DNA from: an uncultured Thermomicrobiales bacterium
GTDB lineage: Bacteria > Chloroflexota > Chloroflexia > Thermomicrobiales > UBA6265
Direction of reading: 5' to 3'
Length of the DNA stretch: 59,130 nt
Assembly: GCA_902806325.1 (NCBI GenBank)
Contig: CADCWE010000229.1
Span: 1 to 59,130, forward strand
The number at the start of each line of letters is the position of its first letter. The first letter of the stretch is position 1. Below, in pieces: positions 28,251 through 37,700 of this stretch. A program made the position numbers and the translations under genes. Under the pieces are notes generated by a model that did no database searches, was not told where the DNA came from, and worked only from the letters and a program-made list of their open reading frames with translations.

Positions 28251-29489
28251 ATGACCCACGCCCGCCCCAATCGGGGCACGACCCGCTTGGCCGCCCTGTT
28301 CGGTTTGGCCATGGCCCTGATGCTGGTGGCCGGTCTTGGCAACCCGATCGCCGCCCAGGACGCCACCCCGGAACCCGCCGCCGAGCCGGCCGGGCTCGAC
28401 GAGGTCGCCCCGGCGCCCGCCTCGGTCGGCACGGACATCCCGCTGACCTACTTCGGTCCGCCGCCGTCCGAGGTGACCAAGGAACTGGTCGGCCCGGTCG
28501 AGCTGCTGCGCGCCGGCGAGATCGATATGGAGGCGGGCACGGTCACCTTGCCGCTCTACCGGGGCCAGATGACCGACGGGTCCCCGGTCTGGTACATCTT
28601 GACCGACACCACCGACGAGGCCAACGCCGAAGCGCTCGGTCTGAACCACTCCGCCAAGTTGGCCTACGCCAACGTCGAGGGTGGCGTCCGCCAAGCCACG
28701 CTGCAGAACGACCTGACCCTCACCTTCGAGGCCGGCGCGGTCGACTTCGCGCCGGAGGCGCGGCTGGAACCCGGTGCGGGCGAGACCCCGTTCCCGCCGG
28801 CGGTCGCCGAGCCGGGATCGGTCGGCGACGCCGCCTACACCCCGCTGGTCCAGATCTCCAACGCCGGGGGCCACATCTACAACGCCCCGATCGTGGCCTA
28901 CGGCGTCGAGGCCGACCGGCTCGGCTTCTGCGACGGCAACCCGGACCACTCCCTGGTCCACGACCGTGTGGTCTCGATCTGTCCGGACGAGCAAACCGTG
29001 ACCTTGCGGATGGTGATCGGCTTCAGCTTCGCGCGGCCGGTCTTCTACGTCAGCCTCGATGCCTCCGACCCGGTCGTGGCGACGCTCGAAACCTCGACCC
29101 ACGCCCCGGCGATGGCCAACATCCAGGTCGGGTTCGACGACGGCGCCTTCAGCGCGGTCGAGCGCCTCTTCGTCACCGCCAACGGCCCGACCGGCGCCGA
29201 CAACCCGCAGCGGCAGGGCCTCAACAGCGCGATCATGGGCGAGGGCACCGGGCCGCTCAACGTCTTCGGCGGCGTGCCGACGATCGCCCTCGACTACAGC
29301 CCGATGTGGGACCTCAACCTCGGCGTCTGGACCCAGGAGGCGATCGACGCCGGCTACCGCTCCCGCCTGATCGACGAATTCCAGATCCTGGGCTTGGCCG
29401 AGCAGGGCCACCTGACCGGCCCCGACGGCGGCCCCTACGGCTCGACCGGGTTCATCGTCAACTGCCCGATCGTGGCCCGTCTGTTGTAG
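28251..29489 (+). CDS. Secreted hypothetical protein
   Basis: GGAGG RBS; Sec-type signal ending AA-QDATP; normal GC3 bias; family not confidently recognised. Confidence 0.8.
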   Translation: MTHARPNRGTTRLAALFGLAMALMLVAGLGNPIAAQDATPEPAAEPAGLDEVAPAPASVGTDIPLTYFGPPPSEVTKELVGPVELLRAGEIDMEAGTVTLPLYRGQMTDGSPVWYILTDTTDEANAEALGLNHSAKLAYANVEGGVRQATLQNDLTLTFEAGAVDFAPEARLEPGAGETPFPPAVAEPGSVGDAAYTPLVQISNAGGHIYNAPIVAYGVEADRLGFCDGNPDHSLVHDRVVSICPDEQTVTLRMVIGFSFARPVFYVSLDASDPVVATLETSTHAPAMANIQVGFDDGAFSAVERLFVTANGPTGADNPQRQGLNSAIMGEGTGPLNVFGGVPTIALDYSPMWDLNLGVWTQEAIDAGYRSRLIDEFQILGLAEQGHLTGPDGGPYGSTGFIVNCPIVARLL

Positions 29490-29648
29490 TCCGCCGCCCC
29501 GATCGGGATCCCACCGTTCCGATCGCACGCGGCCGGAGGGGCGACCCGATCCCGGGTCGCCCCTCCCTGTGGTCCGGGAGCGACGACCGGGGCTGGGCGG
29601 AGCGGAACGGGCGGCACGCGACGGTCGGGTTGAAGTACCCTTCGCGGC

Positions 29649-32600
29649 ATGGCCGCTCCCGATCCGTCCCAGCACGCATTTCCGCCCGACGCCGTCGTCC
29701 CGACGCCATCGGTGATGACCGGGACGCCCCCTCGGGCGACGGCGCGTCGTCGCCCGTCCGCCGCCGGAGCGGCGGACGGCGGGCTCGATCCCGCGATCGA
29801 GGCCCAGATCGACCAGTTCGGGGTGCTGTACCCGTTCCCGCTCGACGAGTTCCAGCGGGAGGCGATCCGAATCCTGCTCCGCGGCGATTCGGTGATGGTG
29901 GCCGCGCCCACGGGTACCGGAAAAACGGTCGTCGCGGACTGGGGAGTCTACGAGGCGTTCCGCGGCACCGGCCGCGTCCTCTACACCACCCCGATCAAGG
30001 CGCTCTCGAACCAGAAGTATCGCGACCTGCGCGCCGTCTACGGCGATCAGGTGGGCTTGCTGACCGGCGACGTGTCGGAGAACCGGGACGCCCGCGTCGT
30101 CGTGATGACGACCGAGGTCCTGCGCAACATGCTGCTGCAAACGCCGTGGGATCTCGACGACGTCGGCTGCGTGATCTTCGATGAGATCCACTATCTGGCC
30201 GATCCCGAGCGCGGCACCACGTGGGAAGAGGCGATCATCCTCTGCCCGGACCACGTTCAGTTGATTTGCCTCTCGGCCACCGTCTCCAACGCCGCCGAGA
30301 TCGCCGCCTGGATCGGGCGCACCCACCGTCCGATCCGCCTCGTCACCCACACCGAGCGCGCCGTGCCGCTCTCGCTCTCCTACTTCGTGGACGGCAAGCT
30401 GCACCAGGTGGTCGACCACACCGGGGCCGTGGTCAAGCAGTTCCCGCACACCGGCGGCGAGTTGCGGCGGCAGGCGGGCAACCGCGCCCACGGCCGCCGC
30501 TTCGCCGACCGCGAGGCGGCCGAGGCGGGAGAACCGCAGCCGCGCGAGATCGTCGACGCCCTGGCCGCGAACCGGATGCTCCCGGCGATCTACTTCTTGT
30601 TCAGCCGCAACGACTGCCAGGCCTTCGCCGAGCGCTTGGCGGTGATGCGCCCGCATTTGATCGGCCCGGCCCAGGTCGCCCAGATCGACGCCATCGTCGC
30701 CGCGCTGCTGGCCGGGTTGACCGACGACGACCGGGAGCTGGAGCAGGTCCGCTTGGTCACCGCCCTGGCCCGGAAGGGGCTTGGGTTCCACCACGCGGGA
30801 TTGCTGCCGATCCTGAAGCAGCTGGTCGAGGTCTTGTTCGGGCGCGGGCTGATGCAGGTCGTCTTCGCCACCGACACCCTCGCCCTTGGCGTCAACATGC
30901 CGGCCCGGACCGTGGTCGTCGGCCGGATGAGCAAGTGGGACGGGCGACGGCGGCGGATGCTGATCCCGAACGAGTTCCAGCAGATGGCGGGCCGCGCCGG
31001 GCGGCGGGGGATGGACGCCTTCGGCCACGTCGTGGTCCCGTACTCGCCCTGGATCACCTTTCGCGAGACGCTGGAGATCGGCACCGGGCCGTTGGAGCCG
31101 GTCCGCTCCGCGTTTGCGATCCGCTACAACACCGTGCTCAACCTCTGGGACCCGCCGCAGGGCGAGCGCGTCCGGGCGATGCTCCAACAAAGCCTGGCCC
31201 AGTTCCAGACCGCGGAACGGATCCGCCAGCTGGAAGACGACATCATCGAGATCGGCGGCGATATCGCCGGCGTCCCCCAGGGCTGCCTGATCGGGTTGGA
31301 CGCGGGCGACGAACTCTTGGAGGACTACCGTGGGTTGACCCGGACCCTGACCGCCGCCGAGGGCAAGCAGCGGCGCTTAGCGCAAGAGTTCGACGAGTTG
31401 TCCCAGAACGTGGTCGGCGGCACGCCCTGGCCGGAACCGGGGCGCCAAGCCTTGCGGCGGGCGTTTCGGACCGCGCCCGTCGGGTTGGTGGCCCACCACC
31501 GGCAGCGGGGGTGGGGCGTCTTCCTCGGTCACGGCGGGCGGGGCGGGGTCGGGTTGTTCTTGTTCGGGAACGAGATCGTCCTGGTGCCGGAGTACAAGGC
31601 GATCGACCACCTTCCGGACAACAAGATCGTGCCGGTGCCATCGGCGCTGATCGAGCCGCCGGACACGATCGCCGACGCCGGGCTGCTGGTCTCGGCGGAG
31701 GAGTTGGCGAGCATCGCCGACGCGCTGGCCGTTCTGGACCTGCCCGATCTGCGGGCGCTGGCGGTCGCGCACCGGGAGCGGGAGTGGGCCCGCGTCGCCG
31801 ATGGGCTGCGCGGCCTGGAAGGCGCGCGCGAGGAGGCCGACGAGCAGGTTCGCCTCCTTCACGCGGCGCGCGAGGTCCACCCCTGCCACCCCTGCCCGCG
31901 GCGGAAGGAACATCGGGACTATCTGGCCCGGATCGACGCCCTGGAGAAGGAAGGGCGGCTCCTGGAGACGGTACTGGAGCGCGAAACGGAGGCCGAGGAC
32001 GCCCGGATCCGGGGCGTGATCCGGGGCATCCGTGACGTCCTCCACCGCTTTGGCTACCTCCACCGCGGCTACCCGACCGCCAAGGCCGACATGCTGGCCG
32101 ACGTCTTCGACAACGACGGCCTGATCCTCTGCGAGGTGGTCGACCGCGGCTGGCTGGACGCGCTGCCGGCGGACGAGCTGGCGGAGTGCTTCTCCTGGTT
32201 CTCGTTCGACCGCGACTACCGCTACGCCAACCACTACACCCTGCCCGACCGCCTGGTCTTGCTGCGCCGCCGCCTCGAAGACCTCGAACACGACGTGCTG
32301 GGCGAGGAGCGCGACCACGGCTTGTTCATCTCCGAAGGCCACAACCAGGCCTTCTACGGCGCCGCCCGGGCCTGGTGCCGGGGCGCGACGATGGCCGAGA
32401 TCGGGGAAAGCCTGGAACTCTCCGAAGGCGACCTGGTGATGACCTTCAACAAGACCATCGACCTGATGCGCCAGGTGCGCGAAATGCTGGCCGACGCGAT
32501 GCCGGACCATCCCCTGCGAGAGAGCCTCCGCGCCGCCGAACGCCTGCTGCGGCGGGGCATCGTCGAGCAGTCGCTGACGCTCGGGTTCGCGCCGGTCGCC

Positions 32601-32873
32601 GATCTGCCGCCCGTCGACGCCGTCGCGGGCGAGGACGACGCGGACCCGGCACCGCCGCCGAAGAAGCGTAGCCGGCCGCGGAAGGCGGCCCCGGAGGATG
32701 GGGTATCGTCGGCGGTGGTGGCTCCGAAGCCGCGCCGGCGGAAGGCGGCGGCGACCGACGCGACGGAACCGGCGAAGACGCGCCGCCGGAAGGCGGACGA
32801 CGGGGGAACGCCACCGCCGCCGCGGCGCGGTGAGCAGGATCCGGCGGCGTCGAAGCGGCGACGCGGGGCCTAA
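29649..32873 (+). CDS. helY: Ski2-like DExH RNA helicase (HelY-like)
   Basis: APTGTGKT, PIKALSNQKY, DEIH, LSAT, FHHAG, ATDTLALGVNMPA, QMAGRAGRRG, DSHCT-like C-terminal domain. Confidence 0.88.
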   Translation: MAAPDPSQHAFPPDAVVPTPSVMTGTPPRATARRRPSAAGAADGGLDPAIEAQIDQFGVLYPFPLDEFQREAIRILLRGDSVMVAAPTGTGKTVVADWGVYEAFRGTGRVLYTTPIKALSNQKYRDLRAVYGDQVGLLTGDVSENRDARVVVMTTEVLRNMLLQTPWDLDDVGCVIFDEIHYLADPERGTTWEEAIILCPDHVQLICLSATVSNAAEIAAWIGRTHRPIRLVTHTERAVPLSLSYFVDGKLHQVVDHTGAVVKQFPHTGGELRRQAGNRAHGRRFADREAAEAGEPQPREIVDALAANRMLPAIYFLFSRNDCQAFAERLAVMRPHLIGPAQVAQIDAIVAALLAGLTDDDRELEQVRLVTALARKGLGFHHAGLLPILKQLVEVLFGRGLMQVVFATDTLALGVNMPARTVVVGRMSKWDGRRRRMLIPNEFQQMAGRAGRRGMDAFGHVVVPYSPWITFRETLEIGTGPLEPVRSAFAIRYNTVLNLWDPPQGERVRAMLQQSLAQFQTAERIRQLEDDIIEIGGDIAGVPQGCLIGLDAGDELLEDYRGLTRTLTAAEGKQRRLAQEFDELSQNVVGGTPWPEPGRQALRRAFRTAPVGLVAHHRQRGWGVFLGHGGRGGVGLFLFGNEIVLVPEYKAIDHLPDNKIVPVPSALIEPPDTIADAGLLVSAEELASIADALAVLDLPDLRALAVAHREREWARVADGLRGLEGAREEADEQVRLLHAAREVHPCHPCPRRKEHRDYLARIDALEKEGRLLETVLERETEAEDARIRGVIRGIRDVLHRFGYLHRGYPTAKADMLADVFDNDGLILCEVVDRGWLDALPADELAECFSWFSFDRDYRYANHYTLPDRLVLLRRRLEDLEHDVLGEERDHGLFISEGHNQAFYGAARAWCRGATMAEIGESLELSEGDLVMTFNKTIDLMRQVREMLADAMPDHPLRESLRAAERLLRRGIVEQSLTLGFAPVADLPPVDAVAGEDDADPAPPPKKRSRPRKAAPEDGVSSAVVAPKPRRRKAAATDATEPAKTRRRKADDGGTPPPPRRGEQDPAASKRRRGA

Positions 32874-32989
32874 GACCCCGCGCTCGGCGGAATCGGCGCC
32901 GCGCCGTCATCGCGTCGCCATCGCCCTTCGTTGCCCGGTTGTGCGATTGCCCCGCCCCGCCCGCCGCTGCCCGACACCCGCGAGGATCC

Positions 32990-34552
32990 ATGTCCACCCC
33001 CACCCAGCGCATCGTCGTCATCGGTTCCGGCTTTGGTGGCCTCGCCGCCGCCGTTCGTCTCGCCGCGCGCGGGCACCAAGTGACGCTGGTCGAGAAGCGA
33101 GACCAACCCGGCGGTCGGGCCTACGTCTACCGCCGGGATGGGTTCACCTTCGACGGCGGTCCGACGGTGATCACGGCGCCGTGGTTGATCACGGAATTGT
33201 TCGAGCTGGCCGGGAAACGCCCGGCGGACTACGTTTCGCTGGTCCCGATCGACCCGTTCTACCGGATCTTTTTCCCGGACGGGGCGCACTTCGACTACGC
33301 CGGTGACCGCGACCGGATGCTGGCCGAGATCCGCCGCGTCAGCCCGCACCCGGGGGACGCCGACGGCTACCTGGAGTTCGTCCGCCGCACGGAGCGCATC
33401 TTTGCCAAGGGCTTCACCGAGTTGGCGACCAAACCGTTCTTGCGCGTCGGCGACATGATCAAGATCGTGCCCGACCTGGTCAGGCTGGAAAGCCAGCGCT
33501 CCGTTTACGGCTTCATCGCCCGCTTCGTCGAAGACGACCGGCTGCGCCAGGTCCTCTCGTTCCACCCGCTGCTGGTCGGCGGCAACCCGTTCCAGACCAC
33601 CAGCATCTACACCCTGATCCACCACCTGGAGCGGGAGTGGGGCGTCTGGTTCGCGATGGGCGGCACCGGGGCGGTGGTCGATGCCCTGGTTCGGCTGTTC
33701 GGCGAACTGGGCGGCACGCTGCTGCTGGACGCGGAAGTCGGGGAGATCACGACCGAGGGGCGGCGCGCCACCGGCGTCCGGCTCAAGGACGGACGCGAGA
33801 TCCCGGCCGAGTCCGTGGTCTGCAACGCCGACGTCGCCGGCGCCTACCAGGGGTTGCTGCCGGCGGGCGTCCGCCGCAAGTACACCGACCGTCGGTTGGC
33901 CCGAACCCGCTACTCGATGTCCTTGGTCGTGATCTACTTCGGCACCGATCGCCAGTACCGGGGCGGGGACGGCCCGGTGCTGGCCCACCACGACATTATT
34001 CTCGGCCCCCGCTACGGGCCGCTCCTGGCCGACATCTTCAACCGCAAGACGCTGGCGGACGATTTCTCCCTCTACCTGCATACGCCGACGCTGACCGACT
34101 CCAGCCTGGCCCCGCCTGGCTGCGAGGCGTTCTACGTTCTTGCCCCGGTGCCCCACCTCGGCGGCGCCACGGACTGGGCGACGGCGGCCAAGCCGTACCG
34201 GGACAAGATCATGGGGTTTTTGGAAGAGCGTTACCTGCCGGGCTTGTCCAAACACCTGGTGACGGAGCACATGATCGACCCCCGCCACTTCCGGGACACG
34301 CTCAACTCGTACCTCGGGTCGGCCTTCTCGGTCGAGCCGATCCTGACCCAGTCCGCCTGGTTCCGCCCCCACAACCGCTCGGAAGAATTGCCGAACCTCT
34401 ATTTCGTCGGCGCGGGCACCCACCCCGGCGCCGGCCTGCCCGGTGTGCTCTGCTCGGCCAAGATCGCGGACGATTTGATCGCCGAGCCGTTGTCGAGGGA
34501 CACGCAACCGGGGGAGCGAAACGTGAGAACCGCTCAACCCAGCCACCGGTGA
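32990..34552 (+). CDS. crtI: Phytoene desaturase
   Basis: IGSGFGGLAAA, GFTFDGGPTVIT, LLVGGNPF, QSAWFRPHN, LYFVGAGTHPGAGLPGV. Confidence 0.95.
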   Translation: MSTPTQRIVVIGSGFGGLAAAVRLAARGHQVTLVEKRDQPGGRAYVYRRDGFTFDGGPTVITAPWLITELFELAGKRPADYVSLVPIDPFYRIFFPDGAHFDYAGDRDRMLAEIRRVSPHPGDADGYLEFVRRTERIFAKGFTELATKPFLRVGDMIKIVPDLVRLESQRSVYGFIARFVEDDRLRQVLSFHPLLVGGNPFQTTSIYTLIHHLEREWGVWFAMGGTGAVVDALVRLFGELGGTLLLDAEVGEITTEGRRATGVRLKDGREIPAESVVCNADVAGAYQGLLPAGVRRKYTDRRLARTRYSMSLVVIYFGTDRQYRGGDGPVLAHHDIILGPRYGPLLADIFNRKTLADDFSLYLHTPTLTDSSLAPPGCEAFYVLAPVPHLGGATDWATAAKPYRDKIMGFLEERYLPGLSKHLVTEHMIDPRHFRDTLNSYLGSAFSVEPILTQSAWFRPHNRSEELPNLYFVGAGTHPGAGLPGVLCSAKIADDLIAEPLSRDTQPGERNVRTAQPSHR

Positions 34553-34925
34553 TGGACCACCGGCCTAGCCGGTCTCGGATCGAGAACGTGTTCGGCGCGC
34601 CGTTGATGAAGGCGTGGGCGATGGACGCAGCGGCGGTCGGGGCCAGGACCGGTGCTTGGGGGACCACCAAAGTCCCCGGATGTCGCGGTCGCGACGGGGA
34701 CGGCCACTCGCCGACCCGATCCCGCCAGGCCCGATAGAGAAGCTCGAAATCGTCCCAGGTCTGCGACACCAACAAGTGGTCCGATCGGACCGCCATGGCC
34801 AGGACCTCGTGGTCGCTCGTCCCGTTCGAAATATCCGCCGGGGTTAACCAGACGTGGTGTCCGCGCGTTTCGCGCGACCGTCGCGGTTCGGACGCCGTGC
34901 TCTCATCGAGCACGATGTCGGCCAT
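34302..34925 (-). CDS. DUF5615/PIN-like toxin candidate, possibly degenerate (3' end runs antisense into crtI)
   Basis: IVLDE..GHHV..GTSDHEVLAMA..LLVSQ..DDF..HPG.LVV pattern. Confidence 0.5.
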   Translation of the reverse strand: MADIVLDESTASEPRRSRETRGHHVWLTPADISNGTSDHEVLAMAVRSDHLLVSQTWDDFELLYRAWRDRVGEWPSPSRPRHPGTLVVPQAPVLAPTAAASIAHAFINGAPNTFSIRDRLGRWSITGGWVERFSRFAPPVACPSTTARRSNRPRSWPSRAHRAGRRRGGCPRRRNRGSAILPSGCGGGTRRTGSGSARPRRPTRGTS

Positions 34926-34931
34926 GCCTCG

Positions 34932-35255
34932 CTACGCCATCCACCCTTCGTTAGGAAGCAGACGAATGACATCGATCGGCGCTCGATGGCGACGGGAGCA
35001 GGCGATGGCCGCCCGAACCGCGTCTTCCGGGAGGTTCCAATTGTTGGCCCCCTCGGCGACGCTCTCTCCGCTCGAGCGGATCGAGATCACCTCCCACACC
35101 GACGGGCATCCGCCCTTCGCGTCCACCTTCGCTTCGTGGCGCCCCGGCTTGTGCGGGTTCGGCACGATGGATTGGGCGATGAGCGCGTCCGCCTGCTCGT
35201 CGGTGACGACCGCCCCGTCCAACAGGATGGCTTGCTGCTGAACCGCCCAAGCCAT
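34932..35255 (-). CDS. DUF433-like antitoxin candidate
   Basis: SVWEVI..SVAE.A..WNLPEDAVRAAIA pattern; ends 6 bp upstream of the PIN-like ORF. Confidence 0.55.
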   Translation of the reverse strand: MAWAVQQQAILLDGAVVTDEQADALIAQSIVPNPHKPGRHEAKVDAKGGCPSVWEVISIRSSGESVAEGANNWNLPEDAVRAAIACSRRHRAPIDVIRLLPNEGWMA

Positions 35256-35372
35256 GGTGGGATCCTCTCGCCAACAACCTACCGGCCCGGGAAACGCCTT
35301 CTCTCCCGCGCCCCCGGACCGTTGAGAGAGAAGGGCGCCTCCCGTCGGGTTGGTTGGCGGGGCGCCTCGCCG

Positions 35373-36431
35373 CTACCCCGCGTCGGCGGCGACGACCGTC
35401 CGCCGTTCGCCGGGGGCGAGCACGTTGCCGCGGTTGTCCTCTTCGAACTCTTCCTCGAGTTCGGCTTCGTCGACGAACTCGTCGTCGTCCTCGTCGTCCT
35501 CGTACTCGTCGTCGTACTCGTCGTCGTACTCGTCGTCGGCGGCGACCGCGTCGGCGGCGGGGACGGTGCCGACGGCGATCACCTCGTCCTCGTCGTCCTC
35601 TTCCTCGCGGGGCAACCCTTCGTGGAGGTCAAGCGGGCGGCGGTACCCCGGCAGGGCGTCCTGGACCAGGGGGTGGGCCGGGTTGAGCTCGGTGGTGACG
35701 AGTTCCTGACCCTGGCCGTTGATGGTTTGGCGCTTGGTCAGGATGCCCTTGCGGAGGAACTCCATCACCTTGGCTTCGATGTGCTCCGAGGGCAGCAGGG
35801 TGCGGTCGAGGAATCGCCACAGGGTGCGGCTCATGTGGCTCTGGGTCGGCACAAAGCCGTCGTGCAACTGCTGCACGTAGGCGTTGATCGCCCGGATCAC
35901 CGCCAGGTCGACGTCGACCGACTGGGTGACCTGCAGCGGGTCTTCCTCGCCGGCGGCGGCGACCAGATCCGGGCTGACCGAGCCGGGCACGCCGCAGATC
36001 ACGACCCGCTTGCCGAGCCGGTTGCGCAGCGTCGTGACGACGCGGATGAAATCCTTGTCCCCGGTGAAGAGCAGAAAGGTCTTGATGTCCGGCCGCGCCA
36101 ACGCCGTGTTGACGATGTCGATCACGAAGTTGAGATCGGAGCGGGATTCGATCTTTTCGCGCCCCGCCTGGTCCGTCGTCCGTTTCGCCGGGTAGTGCTG
36201 GGCCTCGAACCCGGCGACGTCCAGGCGCATCCGGACCGGAGGCGGGTGCTGGTCGAAATCGGCGTAGGCGCGGGCAACCGCCATCAGACCGTAGCGCAGC
36301 GCCTTGTCGCGCCAGGAGAGGGGATCGGGTTCTCGGCCGTAGGAGTTGATCGTCGAGTAGCGGATGTTCTCGAAGTCCACGAAGACCGCCACTTCCCCGC
36401 CGGATCCCACTTGAGGTCCTTCGCTCGCCAT
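35373..36431 (-). CDS. NYN domain (LabA/DUF88) protein with acidic C-terminal tail
   Basis: VAVFVDFENI, ARAYADF, SDL..VID, FLLFTGDKDF, GSVSPDL; GGAGG RBS. Confidence 0.9.
   Translation of the reverse strand: MASEGPQVGSGGEVAVFVDFENIRYSTINSYGREPDPLSWRDKALRYGLMAVARAYADFDQHPPPVRMRLDVAGFEAQHYPAKRTTDQAGREKIESRSDLNFVIDIVNTALARPDIKTFLLFTGDKDFIRVVTTLRNRLGKRVVICGVPGSVSPDLVAAAGEEDPLQVTQSVDVDLAVIRAINAYVQQLHDGFVPTQSHMSRTLWRFLDRTLLPSEHIEAKVMEFLRKGILTKRQTINGQGQELVTTELNPAHPLVQDALPGYRRPLDLHEGLPREEEDDEDEVIAVGTVPAADAVAADDEYDDEYDDEYEDDEDDDEFVDEAELEEEFEEDNRGNVLAPGERRTVVAADAG
35500..35535 (-). repeat. 12-bp coding tandem repeat (DDEY x3)
   Basis: TCGTACTCGTCG x3 on the + strand. Confidence 0.85.
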
Positions 36432-36669
36432 TGCTGCCTCCACCGCCGTTCCACTACCGCGCCGGAACCGGGGACGGATCGCGCCGATCTGGATTCGAGA
36501 TTCGCGGTCCGCCCATAGCCCGGCGCTAGCCATTACCGACGGGCGCGTCGCCCGTCCTCCGCCATGGATTCCGGCGCCCGCCCGCGCCGCGCGCGGACCG
36601 GGCCAGCCCCGGAACCGGCCACAGTCTAGCATGGGCGATCCGGCCGGTTTGCGGCCGGCGTCGAGACGG

Positions 36670-37680
36670 TCACGCGCCCGCCGCCCGCGCGCCCAGGATC
36701 GCCGCCCCGACCACCCCGGAATTGTCGCCCAGACCGGCCCGAACGATCGCGACCGCCGCGCCGGGCACCGGCAGCGACTCCCGCTTCGCCCGCGCCGCCG
36801 CGAAGTCGAAGAGCAGATCGACCGCCTCGATCACGCCGCCGCCGAGGATGATCCGGGTCGGGCTGATCAGGTTGATCGCCGAGGACAGGCCGAGGCCGAG
36901 GTAGCGCGCCGCGTCGGTGATCGTCTCGACCACCAGCTCGTCCCCGGCCGCCACCGCCTTGGCCAGGATCCCGGAGCGCAGCGCCGCGCCGCCCGGTTCG
37001 TTCTCCTTAATCTCCGCCAGCATGTCCGACAGCACCGAGGTCCGGCCCCGGCGCAATTCGCCGAGGAGCGCCTTCGTGATCGCCGTCCGCGAGGCGTAGG
37101 CTTCGAGGTGGCCGCGCCCGCCGCAGCCGCAGAGGCGACCGTCGGCGGCGATGGTCAGATGGCCGATCTCGCCGGCGGTGCCGGCCGCGCCGGGCACGAG
37201 TTCGCCGTTCCGCACCAGCGCCCCGCCGACGCCGGTGCCGACGAAGACGCAGACGAAATCCGGCGCGCCCTTGCCGGCGCCGAAGGCCGCCTCGCCCATC
37301 GCCGCGATCTGGACGTCGTTGCGCAGCGCCGCCGGCACCCCGTAGCGCTCGGTCAGCAGGGCGGCCATCGGCAGGTCGACCGTCGCCTGGCTGAGGTTGG
37401 GGGCGCCGCGGAGGACGCCCCGCTCGGCATCCACCTGGCCGGCGATGCCGACCCCGATGCCGCCGATGACCTCCTTCTTCTCCAGCGCGGCGGCGGCGAT
37501 CGCCTGGTCGGCGGTGCCGTAGATCCGCTCCATCAGCTCGTCCGGCCCGTCGTCCGGTTTGGTCTTTTTCTTCCCGGTCCCGAGCACCTTGCCGGAATGG
37601 AGGTCGACCACCGCCGCCAGCACCTTGGTGCCGCCGAAATCGACCCCGAGCGCGTACCGACCCCGGTCTTTGCCCGCCAT
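36670..37680 (-). CDS. ROK family sugar kinase (glucokinase-like)
   Basis: GVDFGGTK, NDVQIAAMGE, GTGVGG, GEIGH..CGCGGRGHLEAYAS. Confidence 0.92.
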   Translation of the reverse strand: MAGKDRGRYALGVDFGGTKVLAAVVDLHSGKVLGTGKKKTKPDDGPDELMERIYGTADQAIAAAALEKKEVIGGIGVGIAGQVDAERGVLRGAPNLSQATVDLPMAALLTERYGVPAALRNDVQIAAMGEAAFGAGKGAPDFVCVFVGTGVGGALVRNGELVPGAAGTAGEIGHLTIAADGRLCGCGGRGHLEAYASRTAITKALLGELRRGRTSVLSDMLAEIKENEPGGAALRSGILAKAVAAGDELVVETITDAARYLGLGLSSAINLISPTRIILGGGVIEAVDLLFDFAAARAKRESLPVPGAAVAIVRAGLGDNSGVVGAAILGARAAGA

Positions 37681-37700
37681 GCTGGCCCTCTCCCCGTTCG

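Noticed and set aside
27957-31190. Very long antisense or alternate-frame ORFs (1077 aa here; also 1603..3690, 3309..5681, 16652..18379, 25283..27574, 48678..50927)
   Set aside because: Shadow frames of real genes in high-GC DNA; Arg/Gly/Pro-rich or antisense-patterned, with no motifs.
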